Shown: one piece after another, positions 1 through 10,658 of the stretch
Layout: each line of letters starts with the position of its first letter
Numbering within the stretch: the stretch's first letter is position 1
Origin: Bdellovibrionales bacterium
Lineage (GTDB): Bacteria > Bdellovibrionota > Bdellovibrionia > Bdellovibrionales > UBA1609
DNA: 64,000 nucleotides
Assembly: GCA_965205945.1 (NCBI GenBank)
Contig: CBDBIB010000003.1
Coordinates: 544,394-608,393, forward strand
Reading direction: 5' to 3'
Position numbers and translations under genes: made by a program
The notes under the pieces: model-generated
The model's database searches: none
Seen by the model: only the letters and a program-made list of their open reading frames with translations
Told to the model about the DNA's origin: nothing

Positions 1-1
1 T

Positions 2-145
2 TCACGAACTGATACTTCCTTTGAAGGGATTCTTCGTGGAGGCGCCATTCTCAGATCAAGCAGTGGAATCTTTTCAACTATATTTTCTGCAGCAACAAAC
101 ACCATTAATACTACTTTTGGGTTTCGTTGTGTTAAACATCCATAG
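2..145 (+). CDS. 3' end of a gene truncated by the window start; C-terminal CLec/FGE-sulfatase-like motif
   Basis: Manual translation SRTDTSFEGILRGGAILRSSSGIFSTIFSAATNTINTTFGFRCVKHP*; RGG...GIF...GFRCV is the typical C-terminus of this fold. Confidence 0.65.
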   Translation, partial: SRTDTSFEGILRGGAILRSSSGIFSTIFSAATNTINTTFGFRCVKHP

Positions 146-190
146 GTTAACCACTCAGGTCATATCCATTGTAAAGAGTTGTATCTAATT

Positions 191-576
191 GGAAACGTCC
201 ATGATATAAAGCCTTTAAAGAATCTTACAGATGGTTTGTTTGGAAAATGGGGTATATCTTAAAAGAAACTCTTTAAAAAACTTATTGAGTAAAGGTATTT
301 AGTTGATTACTCATTAAAATTAAATATGAAAAATAAGTTTGTACTATTTTTTCATAAACTTTTACTGAGAAAAAGATATATTGTTGAGACTGTTTTTGGA
401 ATTTTAAAAGAAGAGTTTCACATTAAACACTTTTGGCATAGAAGTTTAAAAAACTTTGTGATGAATGTTTTGTCAGCATTAACAGCATATTTTCTGCGCC
501 CTTTTAAACCATCAATCCGTACTCAAACCCACCAAAATAGAATGTTGCAGTAGATTTAAAAAGTTCGAATTTGGGT
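191..576 (+). mobile_element. Degenerate 3' remnant of an IS982-family element (includes ORF 326..553)
   Basis: ORF 326..553 aligns by eye with the C-terminus of the 49708..50226 transposase (KLLLRKRYIVET.FGILKEEFH...KNFV.N.LSALTAY.LRP.KPSIR); upstream GNVHDIKP is frameshifted; terminal AAAGTTCGAATTTGGGT resembles the IR at 50662..50678. Confidence 0.85.
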
Positions 577-592
577 TATTGTAGTAAATAAT

Positions 593-682
593 GTTGGTTA
601 TTTTAAAGCTAGTAATACGCATGAGGATGATGGTTTTAGCCTTAGCCTAAGTGGTGATGGCAACACCTTAGCTGTGGGAGCC
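593..682 (+). pseudogene. Isolated FG-GAP/integrin-like beta-propeller repeat fragment
   Basis: Translates to VGYFKASNTHEDDGFSLSLSGDGNTLAVGA, matching the YFKASNT...SLSGDGNTLAVGA repeat motif; no start codon or full ORF. Confidence 0.6.
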
Positions 683-744
683 ATAATAAGAGCAGTGATC
701 TTGTTAAAATTATAGGCTCTAGGCTTAAAAAATTTAAGCCTGGG

Positions 745-1764
745 TTAGTTGCTTGAAAGAGCAAAGCAGCTTAATTCATAAAGTATTCTTGCTCCAATGA
801 CTTCATCAAGCCCTTGGCCTAATGTATTTTTTTCTTTAGGAGAAACCTCTACTAAATCAAATCCAATTAAACAATGGCCTTTTTTATGAAGATATTGAAT
901 AAGGTAGGTAGCTTGACTATAGTTTATTCCTCCTGGAACAGGGGTTCCTGTGTTTGGGCAAAATTCAGGGCTCATACCATCAATATCAAAGCTTATGTAA
1001 ATCTTTTCTTGTAGATCACTAAAGAGCTCATCTAAGCAAATGTGAAAGTTTTTTCCATTTAATAGCTTTGAATGAAGCTCTTGATCTAATAAAAAAGTAG
1101 AATTTTTTAATGCAAACTTATATTCGGATTCACAAAAATCTCTAATTCCTAATTGGTAAATACTTGGAGGACTGTTTATTTTAGTTTTTATGTTGTGCAT
1201 GATGGAAGCATGTGAGTACTTAAAGCCCTGGTACTCGTTTCTAAAATCAAAATGAGCATCAATGTGAATTATTGAAAAGTTGCCCTTATACTGTTCACTT
1301 AAAGCCTTAATTAGACCAAAGGGGCAGGAATGATCTCCTCCAACTAAACCAATTGTTTCTTTTGAGTTAAGGGTATTACTATAAATAAGTTGATTTAGTT
1401 GGTTAGATTTTTTATTTATAAAGTTTAAATCATTGGTGGAAGGAGGGTTTCCAGTATTAATGGCTGAAAGGATTCTTTTAGCCACAAGTGATGTGTCCTG
1501 ATTTAGTTTTAAAGTTTTTTTGAGTAAATCATCATGCCAAAAAATACCTTGTTTATATATTTTTTTAAAATAAGGGTGGAATAGATCCATTTGTTTTGTG
1601 GCTTTAAGGATTGAGCTTGGACCATTTACGGTTCCTTTTTTAAAAGAAGCAGTGGGCTCCCATGCTACAGGTAGCAGTTTTAACTTTGTAGGAATATTTT
1701 TAGGCATTCCAAAGATTGAAGAATTGTTAGTAAAAGTACTTTCTGGATTAAAATATGTTATCAT
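745..1764 (-). CDS. speB: Agmatinase (ureohydrolase family)
   Basis: GGDHS, DAHFD, SFDIDG and TGTPVPGG motifs. Confidence 0.85.
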   Translation of the reverse strand: MITYFNPESTFTNNSSIFGMPKNIPTKLKLLPVAWEPTASFKKGTVNGPSSILKATKQMDLFHPYFKKIYKQGIFWHDDLLKKTLKLNQDTSLVAKRILSAINTGNPPSTNDLNFINKKSNQLNQLIYSNTLNSKETIGLVGGDHSCPFGLIKALSEQYKGNFSIIHIDAHFDFRNEYQGFKYSHASIMHNIKTKINSPPSIYQLGIRDFCESEYKFALKNSTFLLDQELHSKLLNGKNFHICLDELFSDLQEKIYISFDIDGMSPEFCPNTGTPVPGGINYSQATYLIQYLHKKGHCLIGFDLVEVSPKEKNTLGQGLDEVIGARILYELSCFALSSN

Positions 1765-1766
1765 GC

Positions 1767-2381
1767 TTAATGTAAGTATTTAATGAGGATGAAAAGAGCA
1801 ACTAATAAACCTAAAATTATGAAAATTTTTTCAAACCATTTATCCATAAAAATTTTAATTTTTGTTCCAAAAAAATAAATTAAAGTACCGATTAGTAAAA
1901 AGCGAGAGCCTCGCCCAGCAATACAACCAAGTATAAAGGGTAAAAGGGGCAGGTTCATAGACCCAGCTGTTAAAGCAAAAGCTTTAAAGGGTAGAGGGGT
2001 GAAAGCTCCTAGTAATATAAAAAGAAAAACACTCTGGCTAAAGCGGGTTTTTATAGCTTCAAAAACATCATGAGAGAGCAAATATTGGAAAATAAAAGGG
2101 GAAAGGGAGTCCCAAAGAAGATTTCCTATGAAATAACCTGTGATTCCCCCTAAAATACTGAATAAACTTACCCAGATAGAGAGGGAGAGGGCTTTTTTAG
2201 GCTCCATGGAGGCTTTTGCTATAAGTATTGGATCTACTGGAATAGGAATAATTAAAGATTCTAAGTAGGCAAAAATATTTAAAAACCAAAAAGCATAGGT
2301 TTTTTTGCTTTCATTCATACTCCATACATAAAGGCGTCTTAAAGGGTTATTTCTTTTATTTTTTGCCTTAGGATCAGTCAT
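1767..2381 (-). CDS. YqaA/DedA (VTT domain) membrane protein
   Basis: ES.IIPIPVDP, SILGGITGY and FTPLPFKAF motifs; hydrophobic segments. Confidence 0.8.
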   Translation of the reverse strand: MTDPKAKNKRNNPLRRLYVWSMNESKKTYAFWFLNIFAYLESLIIPIPVDPILIAKASMEPKKALSLSIWVSLFSILGGITGYFIGNLLWDSLSPFIFQYLLSHDVFEAIKTRFSQSVFLFILLGAFTPLPFKAFALTAGSMNLPLLPFILGCIAGRGSRFLLIGTLIYFFGTKIKIFMDKWFEKIFIILGLLVALFILIKYLH

Positions 2382-2472
2382 TTTGGGTATTTTCCTTGCT
2401 TAGAGACGAAAGTTTTTAGACTCTGCTTTCTATATTATGTAGATATTTAAGAACCTCTTCAAGGAGAAATGG

Positions 2473-4116
2473 ATGAAGCTAATTTATGCACCTATTATGT
2501 TGTTAGTAACTGTTGCATTAGGCTGTTCAAAAAGTTTAGATGGTAGAAAGGTTGGAGCTAAAGATACCTTTATTCAAGTTTTAGGCAGTGAGCCTAGTGA
2601 TTTACATCCTATTAGAGCTAATGAGGTTGTTTCAAGTAAAATTGTATTGCAAAGCATTCATACCGCATCTGCTATAGTAGAAAGTTTGCTTTCAACGGAT
2701 TTAGATACATACAAGCCTATTCCAAATCTTGCTCAGAAATGGAAAATCTCTAAAGATAGAAAAACATTCACGTTTTATCTAAGAAAAGATGTTAAATTTC
2801 ATGATGGTACAATGATGACATCTAAGGATGTGGAGTTTTCTTTTAAAGCTCTTTTTGATGATTTATATGAGTCCTATGCTTTAAGAAGTTTTTATACGAA
2901 TTTTATTAAATCTGAAATTTTAGATAAGTATACAATTAGGTTTATAGCTAAAAACTCATATTATTTAAATCTGGATGTTATTGGGGGTTTAAGGGTTTTT
3001 CCAAAAGCTTTTTATTCTAAACAGACAAAAGAAAATAGTCTTGCAAAAACTGTTATGGGCTCAGGAGCGTATAAGTTTCATAAGTGGTCTAAGGGTAAGA
3101 GTATTACGATTATTGCAAATCCTCATTGGTGGGGGCGGAATGTTAAAACTGCTAAGAAAGAATATAAGTTTAAGAAAATTGTGTTTAAATTTATTAAAGA
3201 GGCTAGTTTAAGAAAGGCAATGCTTGAGCGAGGAAAACTTGATTATGATGACTCTGTTAGAGCTGAGGATTTTGTAAAAAAAATGACGGGTAAGCCTTGG
3301 GGTGAAACGGTTTTAAAAATTAAGGCTGTAAATAAGCTTCCTAAAAGTATGTCTTTTATAGGTTTAAATAATAAAAACAAAATTTTTAAAGATAAAAATA
3401 CAAGAGTGGCATTAGCGCATTTGGTAAATAGAAGTTTTTTAAATAAAAAATTCTATTATGGGATGAATGCTCCTTCTACAGGTCCTTTTAGAATTGATAG
3501 TGATTATTCAAACCCAAACACAAAACCAATTCTTTTTAACCCAGCAAAAGCCAGAAGGATTTTAACTAAAGCGGGCTGGGCAGATACGGATAAGGATGGT
3601 TTGTTGGATAAGGTTATTAATGGAGTGAAAACGCAATTTAAGTTTAACCTTCTTAATGCAAACAAGGATACTGAAAAAGTAATTACAGTCATTAAAGAAG
3701 ACATGAAAAAAGCAGGTATTAAAATGGTTATTCAAACTATTGACTGGAATGCTTTTACAAAAGCTTTAGATGAGAGAAAATTTGATGCTGTCATCATGGG
3801 GTGGGGTGGGGGTGGTGTAGATCCAGACCCTACTCAAATTTGGCATTCAAAAAGTATTGCAGGAAAGGGGTCTAATTTTATCAGTTACTCAAATCCTAAA
3901 GTTGATAATCTTATTGCGTCTGCTATTAACATCATGGATAAACCTAAAAGGTTGGTGGAATTTCATAAAATTCATAGTTTGATTGCTAAAGATGCTCCTT
4001 ATATTTTCTTTTTTGAACCTAAATATAGTATGTATGCTATTAGCAGTAGGGTACACAGACCTAAGGATACATATAATTATTCCATTGGATCTCATTTTTG
4101 GGCCTTACCGGAGTAG
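2473..4116 (+). CDS. Peptide ABC transporter substrate-binding lipoprotein (family 5)
   Basis: Lipobox ALGC; LRKDVKFHDG motif; followed by two permeases. Confidence 0.9.
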   Translation: MKLIYAPIMLLVTVALGCSKSLDGRKVGAKDTFIQVLGSEPSDLHPIRANEVVSSKIVLQSIHTASAIVESLLSTDLDTYKPIPNLAQKWKISKDRKTFTFYLRKDVKFHDGTMMTSKDVEFSFKALFDDLYESYALRSFYTNFIKSEILDKYTIRFIAKNSYYLNLDVIGGLRVFPKAFYSKQTKENSLAKTVMGSGAYKFHKWSKGKSITIIANPHWWGRNVKTAKKEYKFKKIVFKFIKEASLRKAMLERGKLDYDDSVRAEDFVKKMTGKPWGETVLKIKAVNKLPKSMSFIGLNNKNKIFKDKNTRVALAHLVNRSFLNKKFYYGMNAPSTGPFRIDSDYSNPNTKPILFNPAKARRILTKAGWADTDKDGLLDKVINGVKTQFKFNLLNANKDTEKVITVIKEDMKKAGIKMVIQTIDWNAFTKALDERKFDAVIMGWGGGGVDPDPTQIWHSKSIAGKGSNFISYSNPKVDNLIASAINIMDKPKRLVEFHKIHSLIAKDAPYIFFFEPKYSMYAISSRVHRPKDTYNYSIGSHFWALPE

Positions 4117-4119
4117 GTA

Positions 4120-5127
4120 ATGCTTAAATATTTTTTAAAAAGAATTTTATTAATATTTCCTACTTTAATAGGAGTAACTTTAATTTCTTTTGTTTTGTTG
4201 AATCTAACTCCAGGAGGGCCAATTGAACAAAAGATTCAACAAATTAAACAGGCTCAACAGGCTTCTGGCCAAAATTTTGGTGTTTCTGAAGAAGTGATTA
4301 AGGGTCTTAAAAAACAATATGGTTTTGATAAGCCAATACATATAAGATATTTAATTTGGATTTCTAGCCTTGTACGATTAGATTTTGGTAAGTCATTTTC
4401 TTTTGAAGAACCAGCCCTAGATGTAATCTTAAGCCGTATTCCCATATCACTTCAATTTGGATTAATATCATTTTTTTTAATTTATTTAGTCTGTGTGCCT
4501 CTTGGAATAAAGAAAGCTGTGAATGATGACTCAACCTTTGATCATGTGACCTCCTTTTTCTTAATTATTTTATATTCAATTCCTCCATTAATGCTTGGAA
4601 TTTTATTAAGGAATTTTTTAGCAAACCCAATGTATTTAGAATGGTTTCCACTTCAAGGCTCGGCTTCAGATGAGTATGAATATCTTTCATTTATAGAACA
4701 GGTTTGGGATAGGGTACATCATTTTATATTACCTCTTTTATGTTACATGATTGGTGGATTTACAGCGCTTACATTTTTAATGAAGAACTCGCTTCTTGAT
4801 GAAATTAAATTAGATTATGTAAGAACAGCTAGGGCTAAAGGTTTGACTGAGAAAATGGTGGTTTATAGGCATGCACTTAGGAATGCATTGATTCCAATTG
4901 CTACTAGTTTAGGTTCATTTTTAGGGATATTTTTAGCTGGTTCAATTATTATTGAAGAAATTTTTAATATTTATGGAATGGGTCAGTTAAGTTATACAGC
5001 TCTTTTGCAAAGGGATTATAATATTAGTATGGGTATTATTTTTTTATCATCATTATTCTTACTTTGTGGTCGTTTGATTAGTGATTTTCTTTATATAGTT
5101 GTTGATCCAAGGATTGATTTTTCATGA
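4120..5127 (+). CDS. Peptide ABC transporter permease (YejB/OppB-like)
   Basis: DYVRTARAKGL...HALRNA; C-terminal DPRI. Confidence 0.9.
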   Translation: MLKYFLKRILLIFPTLIGVTLISFVLLNLTPGGPIEQKIQQIKQAQQASGQNFGVSEEVIKGLKKQYGFDKPIHIRYLIWISSLVRLDFGKSFSFEEPALDVILSRIPISLQFGLISFFLIYLVCVPLGIKKAVNDDSTFDHVTSFFLIILYSIPPLMLGILLRNFLANPMYLEWFPLQGSASDEYEYLSFIEQVWDRVHHFILPLLCYMIGGFTALTFLMKNSLLDEIKLDYVRTARAKGLTEKMVVYRHALRNALIPIATSLGSFLGIFLAGSIIIEEIFNIYGMGQLSYTALLQRDYNISMGIIFLSSLFLLCGRLISDFLYIVVDPRIDFS

Positions 5128-6140
5128 TTAAACGTTTTATTAAAAATGAGCAGACCCTTAAAAGAATAAAAAGATTTAAGGCTCAAAAAAGAGCTGTGTT
5201 TTCTTTGTACTTAACTATTTTAATTTTATTTGTAAGCTTATCTGCTGAAATGTGGGCTAACAATAAACCTCTTGTCATGGTTTATAAGGGATCACTTTAT
5301 TTCCCAGTTTTTAAAACGTATCATCCAACAGAGTTTGGTCGTGATGATATTTTCTCAATGGATTATCGCTCCATCCCTAAAAAGGATGTCTCTTTAACAG
5401 TGTGGCCATTAATTAAGTGGGATCCTTATGAATCTAATAAAAATGTGGAGGATTATCCATCAGCGCCAAGCTCTATAAACATCCTAGGAACTGATGATAG
5501 AGGTCGAGATGTTTTTGCTCGTCTTCTTTATGGCTTTAGGTACTCATTTGGTTATGCACTTTTAGTGTGGCTGTTTTCTTATACACTGGGCATTATGATA
5601 GGTTCTATGATGGGCTTTATTGGTGGAAAAGTGGATTTATTTGGTCAACGTGTAGCCGAAGTTTTTGAATCTATGCCGATTTTTTATATGCTTTTGTTTA
5701 TTTCATCTATTTTTACACCTAATCTTTGGTTACTAGTTGGAATTGCAACAACTTTTTATTGGATGACGATTTCAGTTTATATTCGTGCTGAAGTTTTAAA
5801 ACTTAGAAAAAGAGAATTTGTTGAGGCAGCAAAAGCAATGGGAGCATCTAAGTCAGCGGTGATTTTTAAACATATTTTGCCAAACGCACTAGGTCCAGTG
5901 GTTACTTTTTCACCATTTTCTATTGCTGTTCAAATTTCATTTTTAGCAAATATAGATTATTTAGGCTTTGGATTAAGACCTCCTACTCCATCTTGGGGTG
6001 AGCTTTTACAACAGTCAAAACAACATTTTATGACAGCCTGGTGGTTAGGGCTGTTTACGTCAATAGCACTTTTTGTATCTTTGGTTGTATTAAATTTTAT
6101 TGGTGAAGGTGTTAGAGATGCTTTTGATCCAAGAAAATAA
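5124..6140 (+). CDS. Peptide ABC transporter permease (YejE/OppC-like)
   Basis: LGTDDRGRDV, EAAKAMGAS, PSWGELL and GEGVRDAFDP motifs. Confidence 0.9.
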   Translation: MIKRFIKNEQTLKRIKRFKAQKRAVFSLYLTILILFVSLSAEMWANNKPLVMVYKGSLYFPVFKTYHPTEFGRDDIFSMDYRSIPKKDVSLTVWPLIKWDPYESNKNVEDYPSAPSSINILGTDDRGRDVFARLLYGFRYSFGYALLVWLFSYTLGIMIGSMMGFIGGKVDLFGQRVAEVFESMPIFYMLLFISSIFTPNLWLLVGIATTFYWMTISVYIRAEVLKLRKREFVEAAKAMGASKSAVIFKHILPNALGPVVTFSPFSIAVQISFLANIDYLGFGLRPPTPSWGELLQQSKQHFMTAWWLGLFTSIALFVSLVVLNFIGEGVRDAFDPRK

Positions 6141-6230
6141 GGTGTTGGTTTTATTTAAAATATCTAGAGTTTTCTTGGGGTTAAAATAAGTTATTGCTTA
6201 ATAAATTTAGAAATAACACTTAAAGGTTTA

Positions 6231-7514
6231 TTAAAGAGTTTTAATAATATTTTTTGCTTTTAAGAGATTTTCAGGAGCAACATAGAGCCTTTCAATTTTT
6301 CTATTTTTTTTATATTTTTGAAAGATCTCGGTTTGCTCCTCAATTTTATAAGGCTTAGTTTGTATATCGTAAGGGTCTACAACAAAGATAGGTTGAGCCT
6401 TATCAGCTTCATTGCTTAAGTGATACTTACTTAATTGGGCCGTAGAATTTGCAAGTATGTACTCAATTGAGCTGCTTTTTAAGGCGGCTTTCATTTTTAA
6501 AATTCTAGGGTTGGACTCTGTTGTGTGAAGCTCAAATAAAACTTTAAAAGGTTTTCTTTGGGCAATTCTTTGAGCCCAAGGACTAGCGGTTTGGTTTAAA
6601 TGCTGGAAAAGGGCCATGTCGGTACAGTGTGTATATGCCTCAATGTCGCAGGGAAGAGTGAATGTGCAGTGGTCTGATTTTAAGTACCTGTGAAGCATCT
6701 CTTCGTAGATGATGGATTTGTGATGAAAGTAAACCATTAGGTGCATATGATGTCTTGAAAGTAAAAAGTCATCAAATGTATAAAGCGCTCGTCTTCTAAG
6801 AGCTAAGTATACATTATCACTTTGAATATGAAAGGATAGATGGTTTATAAGCCATTCTAATTCTACCTTGCCGTAGTTTGTTCCACAAAAATATGCATCA
6901 CGTCCAAGGTAGTCCATTCTGTCTACATCTAATTCACTGCTTATAAGTTGGCTTAAAATGGGCTTAAAATTTAAACCCCGGTCTTTAAAAAAATCATCAC
7001 TAATTAAAAGCTCTTTATCAATTAAAGAGGCAATATGAAAAGGTGAAACATTAGTATCATTTAATACAGTTGTTATTGATGAATCTGTTATGAATTTTAT
7101 AGTATAGTCTTCATGATTTGCTTGTTTTTTTAGATTTATAGGATTTTGTTTAAATTTGTAAGCTTTAATTTTTAAATCTTTAACAGAGGGCATAACCTCT
7201 TCAGTAGAGTGGCTTAATGGGCCATGGCCAATGTCATGTAGTAGTGCTGCCATTCTAAGGGTTTGTCTTAAAGAGTTGCGTTTTTCTACAGTACTAAAAC
7301 TATAGTTTTTAAAGATTTCATCAAAAGATTTTCCTGCTAGATGTGCTACGCCAATAGAGTGTAAGAACCTATTATGAGTTGCACCAGGGAAGCTAAACTC
7401 TGAGAATCCAAGTTGTTTAATGGCTCGAAGTCTTTGGTATGCTGCGCTGTCGCATAAGGCTATTTCTGGCTTTGAAAGGGCAATTGAACCATGTATAGGA
7501 TCTCTAATCTCCAT
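6231..7514 (-). CDS. HD-domain phosphohydrolase (dNTP triphosphohydrolase-like)
   Basis: RDPIHG, QRLRAIKQLG, HNRFLHS, LHDIGHGPLSH and DVDRMDYL motifs. Confidence 0.85.
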   Translation of the reverse strand: MEIRDPIHGSIALSKPEIALCDSAAYQRLRAIKQLGFSEFSFPGATHNRFLHSIGVAHLAGKSFDEIFKNYSFSTVEKRNSLRQTLRMAALLHDIGHGPLSHSTEEVMPSVKDLKIKAYKFKQNPINLKKQANHEDYTIKFITDSSITTVLNDTNVSPFHIASLIDKELLISDDFFKDRGLNFKPILSQLISSELDVDRMDYLGRDAYFCGTNYGKVELEWLINHLSFHIQSDNVYLALRRRALYTFDDFLLSRHHMHLMVYFHHKSIIYEEMLHRYLKSDHCTFTLPCDIEAYTHCTDMALFQHLNQTASPWAQRIAQRKPFKVLFELHTTESNPRILKMKAALKSSSIEYILANSTAQLSKYHLSNEADKAQPIFVVDPYDIQTKPYKIEEQTEIFQKYKKNRKIERLYVAPENLLKAKNIIKTL

Positions 7515-7631
7515 TTAAAAGGCCTCCTTAAAGAGCAGAGTCTTTTATATAACTGTTTCTAGAATATGCTGTCTAGCCTTTCTTATGAATAATGGATAAT
7601 ATTATTAAAATACTATTAAAGGAGGGGTGTT

Positions 7632-8426
7632 ATGAAGGCCTACTTATCTTTACTCAACAAAGTTTTAACTAAAGGTGAAGAAAAAACAGATAGAACCGGT
7701 ACGGGCACTAAATCATTGTTTGGACATCAATTAAGATTTGATCTTAAAAAAGAATTTCCCCTCGTAACAACAAAGAAAGTTTACTTTAAAGCTGTCATTC
7801 ATGAGCTTCTTTGGTTTTTAAGTGGTGACACTAATATTAAGTATTTAACTGATAATAAGGTAAGAATTTGGAATGAATGGGCTGATGAAAATGGCGATCT
7901 TGGAAGAGTGTATGGTGCTCAGTGGAGATCATGGCAGAAGCCAAATGGTCATAAAGTTGATCAAATTACAAGTGTTGTAAAAAGTATTAAAGAAAACCCA
8001 AATTCAAGAAGACATTTAGTTCTAGCTTTTAACCCTGGGGAGTTAGACCAGATGGCTCTTCCTCCATGTCATGCTTTTTTTCAATTTTATGTTTCTAATG
8101 CAAAACTTTCTTGTCAGCTTTATCAAAGAAGTGCAGATATTTTTTTGGGTGTTCCATTTAATATTGCAAGCTATGCAGCTTTAACTATGATGATGGCTCA
8201 AGTTTGTGGACTTGCTTTAGGTGAATTCATACACACTTTTGGTGATGTTCACCTTTATATGAATCATATTGAGCAGGCTAAAACTCAGTTAAAAAGAGAA
8301 CCAAAGAAACTTCCAAAACTTATTTTAAATGAGCATGTAACAAGCATTTTTAATTTTACGAGTGATGATTTTAAATTAATAGGATATGAGCCGCACTCAA
8401 AAATCAGAGCTGAGGTTTCTATATAA
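7632..8426 (+). CDS. thyA: Thymidylate synthase
   Basis: DRTGTGT, MALPPCH and [14 protein letters not shown] motifs. Confidence 0.97.
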   Translation: MKAYLSLLNKVLTKGEEKTDRTGTGTKSLFGHQLRFDLKKEFPLVTTKKVYFKAVIHELLWFLSGDTNIKYLTDNKVRIWNEWADENGDLGRVYGAQWRSWQKPNGHKVDQITSVVKSIKENPNSRRHLVLAFNPGELDQMALPPCHAFFQFYVSNAKLSCQLYQRSADIFLGVPFNIASYAALTMMMAQVCGLALGEFIHTFGDVHLYMNHIEQAKTQLKREPKKLPKLILNEHVTSIFNFTSDDFKLIGYEPHSKIRAEVSI

Positions 8427-8918
8427 GTGAATATGATTTGTCAGATTGTAGCAGTGGATAAGAATAACTGTATTGGCCGTAGTAATAAAATGGCTTGGCA
8501 TATTCCTACAGATTTTAAATATTTTAAAGAAACAACAAAAGGCCATCCCGTTATTATGGGGAGAAAAACTTTTGAATCTATTGGTCATCCTTTGCCAGGT
8601 AGAGTGTCTATAGTTCTTACAAGGAATTTAAATTTAGAGCTACTTAAAGGGGTTAGGACTGTAAACTCTGTAGATAAGGCGATAGACTGTGCTAAAAAGG
8701 CTACAGACTATGATACATCAAAGATTTTTATCATCGGTGGAGCTCAAATTTATAAAGCCACGCTAGAGAATACGGATCAATTCTTTATTACAAGAGTAGA
8801 CACTCAAATTCAAGGTGGAGATGCCTTTTACCCAGCTTTGCCGCAGGGGTTAAAATTGTTTTCTAGTTTAGAGGTTTTTGATAAATATAAATTAAAATTT
8901 CAGGTATACACTAGATAG
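8427..8918 (+). CDS. folA: Dihydrofolate reductase (start may be ATG 8433)
   Basis: VIMGRKTFESIG.PLPGR and IIGGAQIY motifs; follows thyA. Confidence 0.95.
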   Translation: MNMICQIVAVDKNNCIGRSNKMAWHIPTDFKYFKETTKGHPVIMGRKTFESIGHPLPGRVSIVLTRNLNLELLKGVRTVNSVDKAIDCAKKATDYDTSKIFIIGGAQIYKATLENTDQFFITRVDTQIQGGDAFYPALPQGLKLFSSLEVFDKYKLKFQVYTR

Positions 8919-9013
8919 GCTATGGTATTTGTTATTATAAAAATATTAATGTGTGGTGTTTGAGTGGTTTAAAATATTTTATTAATTAAGTTTTTGTATG
9001 AAAGAGGTTTAAA

Positions 9014-10279
9014 GTGAAAGTTTTACTTGTTGGTTCTGGCGGTAGAGAGCATGCAATGGCTAAGGCCTTAGGTACATCTAAGATAGTAACGGATTTATAT
9101 GCAATTCCAGGCTCTTCAGCCATCTTTAAACTTACAAAAGGTTTACAGCTTGTAAGTCAAAAAGTAGAAAAAAAGAATTTCAAAAATATTTTTAAGGAAA
9201 TTATAAAAAAAGAAATTAAACTAGTTGTAGTAGGTCCAGAAGCTCCATTAGTGGAGGGTTTTTCAGATTTTTTAAGAGAACGAGATGTTTTTGTTTTTGG
9301 CCCTGGTTTAAAGGGGGCAAAACTTGAAGGGGATAAAATTTTTGCAAAACAATTTATGGATGAATTTCTCATTCCAACGGCGAGTTATGCAGAGGTTTCA
9401 GACTTAAAATCTTTAGATAAGGCTTTTAAAAAATTTAAAAAAATGTTGCCCTATGTTTTTAAATATAAAGACTTAGCCGGTGGCAAAGGTGTTTTAGTCT
9501 CAAAATCAAAAGATGAAATTGTTGAATTTGCAAAGAGTTTTGGAGTAAGTGATTTACAAAAAAAAGTGGTGGCTTATTTAGAACAACCTCTTGATGGCTG
9601 GGAGCTTAGTTACATTTGTCTTGTTAATGAAACAGGTTATAAGGCTTGCCCAGTTTTACAAGATCATAAAAGACTTCAAGATAACGATAAAGGGCCTAAT
9701 ACGGGAGGTATGGGAGTAGTGGGCCCATTGCATATTTGTAAAGATTTAGAGTCAAGAATTGTTACAGAGATTGTTAATCCAACTCTAAAAGGTTTTAAAA
9801 AACGAGATATGCTTTACAGAGGAGTTGTGTATTTTGGGGTAATGGTAACAGAAGATGGGCCCAAATTATTAGAGTATAATGTGCGCTTTGGAGATCCTGA
9901 AGCACAATTGATTTTTCCCCTTATAAAGAGTGATTGGGGCAGGGTTATTAAAGCTGTGAGTATGGGACAGGATTTTAGTTTAAAGCAATCAAACCAATAT
10001 GGTTGTGCAGTTGTTATGGCGGCTGCTGGTTACCCTAAAAAACCTATAAAAAATACTGAAATTAAAGGTCTTAGCGCTTTAAAAGATAAAGATGTCTGCC
10101 ATGCTGGAACACGTATAGGAAGAAATTGTGGAAAGTGGAAAGTTAATGGAGGGCGAGTTTTAAATATCTTAGGCTTTGGAAATAGTTTGGATATAGCAAT
10201 TAAAGATTCATACTCTAAAGTTAAAAAAGTGTCTTTTACGGGTGCTCAGTTTAGAGCAGATATAGGCTCTAAACTTTAA
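9014..10279 (+). CDS. purD: Phosphoribosylamine-glycine ligase
   Basis: [25 protein letters not shown] and [10 protein letters not shown] motifs. Confidence 0.95.
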   Translation: MKVLLVGSGGREHAMAKALGTSKIVTDLYAIPGSSAIFKLTKGLQLVSQKVEKKNFKNIFKEIIKKEIKLVVVGPEAPLVEGFSDFLRERDVFVFGPGLKGAKLEGDKIFAKQFMDEFLIPTASYAEVSDLKSLDKAFKKFKKMLPYVFKYKDLAGGKGVLVSKSKDEIVEFAKSFGVSDLQKKVVAYLEQPLDGWELSYICLVNETGYKACPVLQDHKRLQDNDKGPNTGGMGVVGPLHICKDLESRIVTEIVNPTLKGFKKRDMLYRGVVYFGVMVTEDGPKLLEYNVRFGDPEAQLIFPLIKSDWGRVIKAVSMGQDFSLKQSNQYGCAVVMAAAGYPKKPIKNTEIKGLSALKDKDVCHAGTRIGRNCGKWKVNGGRVLNILGFGNSLDIAIKDSYSKVKKVSFTGAQFRADIGSKL

Positions 10280-10326
10280 GATTTAAGTTAAGGGTAAGAT
10301 TTTTTTTAAAAAAAAGAGCTCGCCTT

Positions 10327-10516
10327 AAGTGTATGTATTATTAGCTTAGTCATACTACCTTATTACTGGATTGTTGATCTACTAAATAGGACTTTAGAAG
10401 TTTTTATTTTAGATGAAAAAATTATAAAGCAGACCTTATTTTTGGAAAAAATGATCTGGTTAAGGCTCTTTTTATTTAAGGGCTTTGAGTTTAATCTTGG
10501 AAAGCTTTGGGCAGGA
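10327..10516 (+). pseudogene. Frameshifted C-terminal fragment of a Uma2 (DUF820) family endonuclease
   Basis: Translates to PYYWIVDLLNRTLEVFILDEK / NYKADLIFGKNDLVKAL / FKGFEFNLGKLW with compensating frameshifts; no start or N-terminal half. Confidence 0.55.
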
Positions 10517-10658
10517 TTAAAAATTCTTAAGTTCATATTGAAAAAACAAAATATAGCAAAATAAATAATTTAAAAATATAATAAAACTAAATATCCATCT
10601 TAAATGAAAAATTATTTTAGACTTTATGGGGTAACCTTAACTTTTCATTATAAAATAA

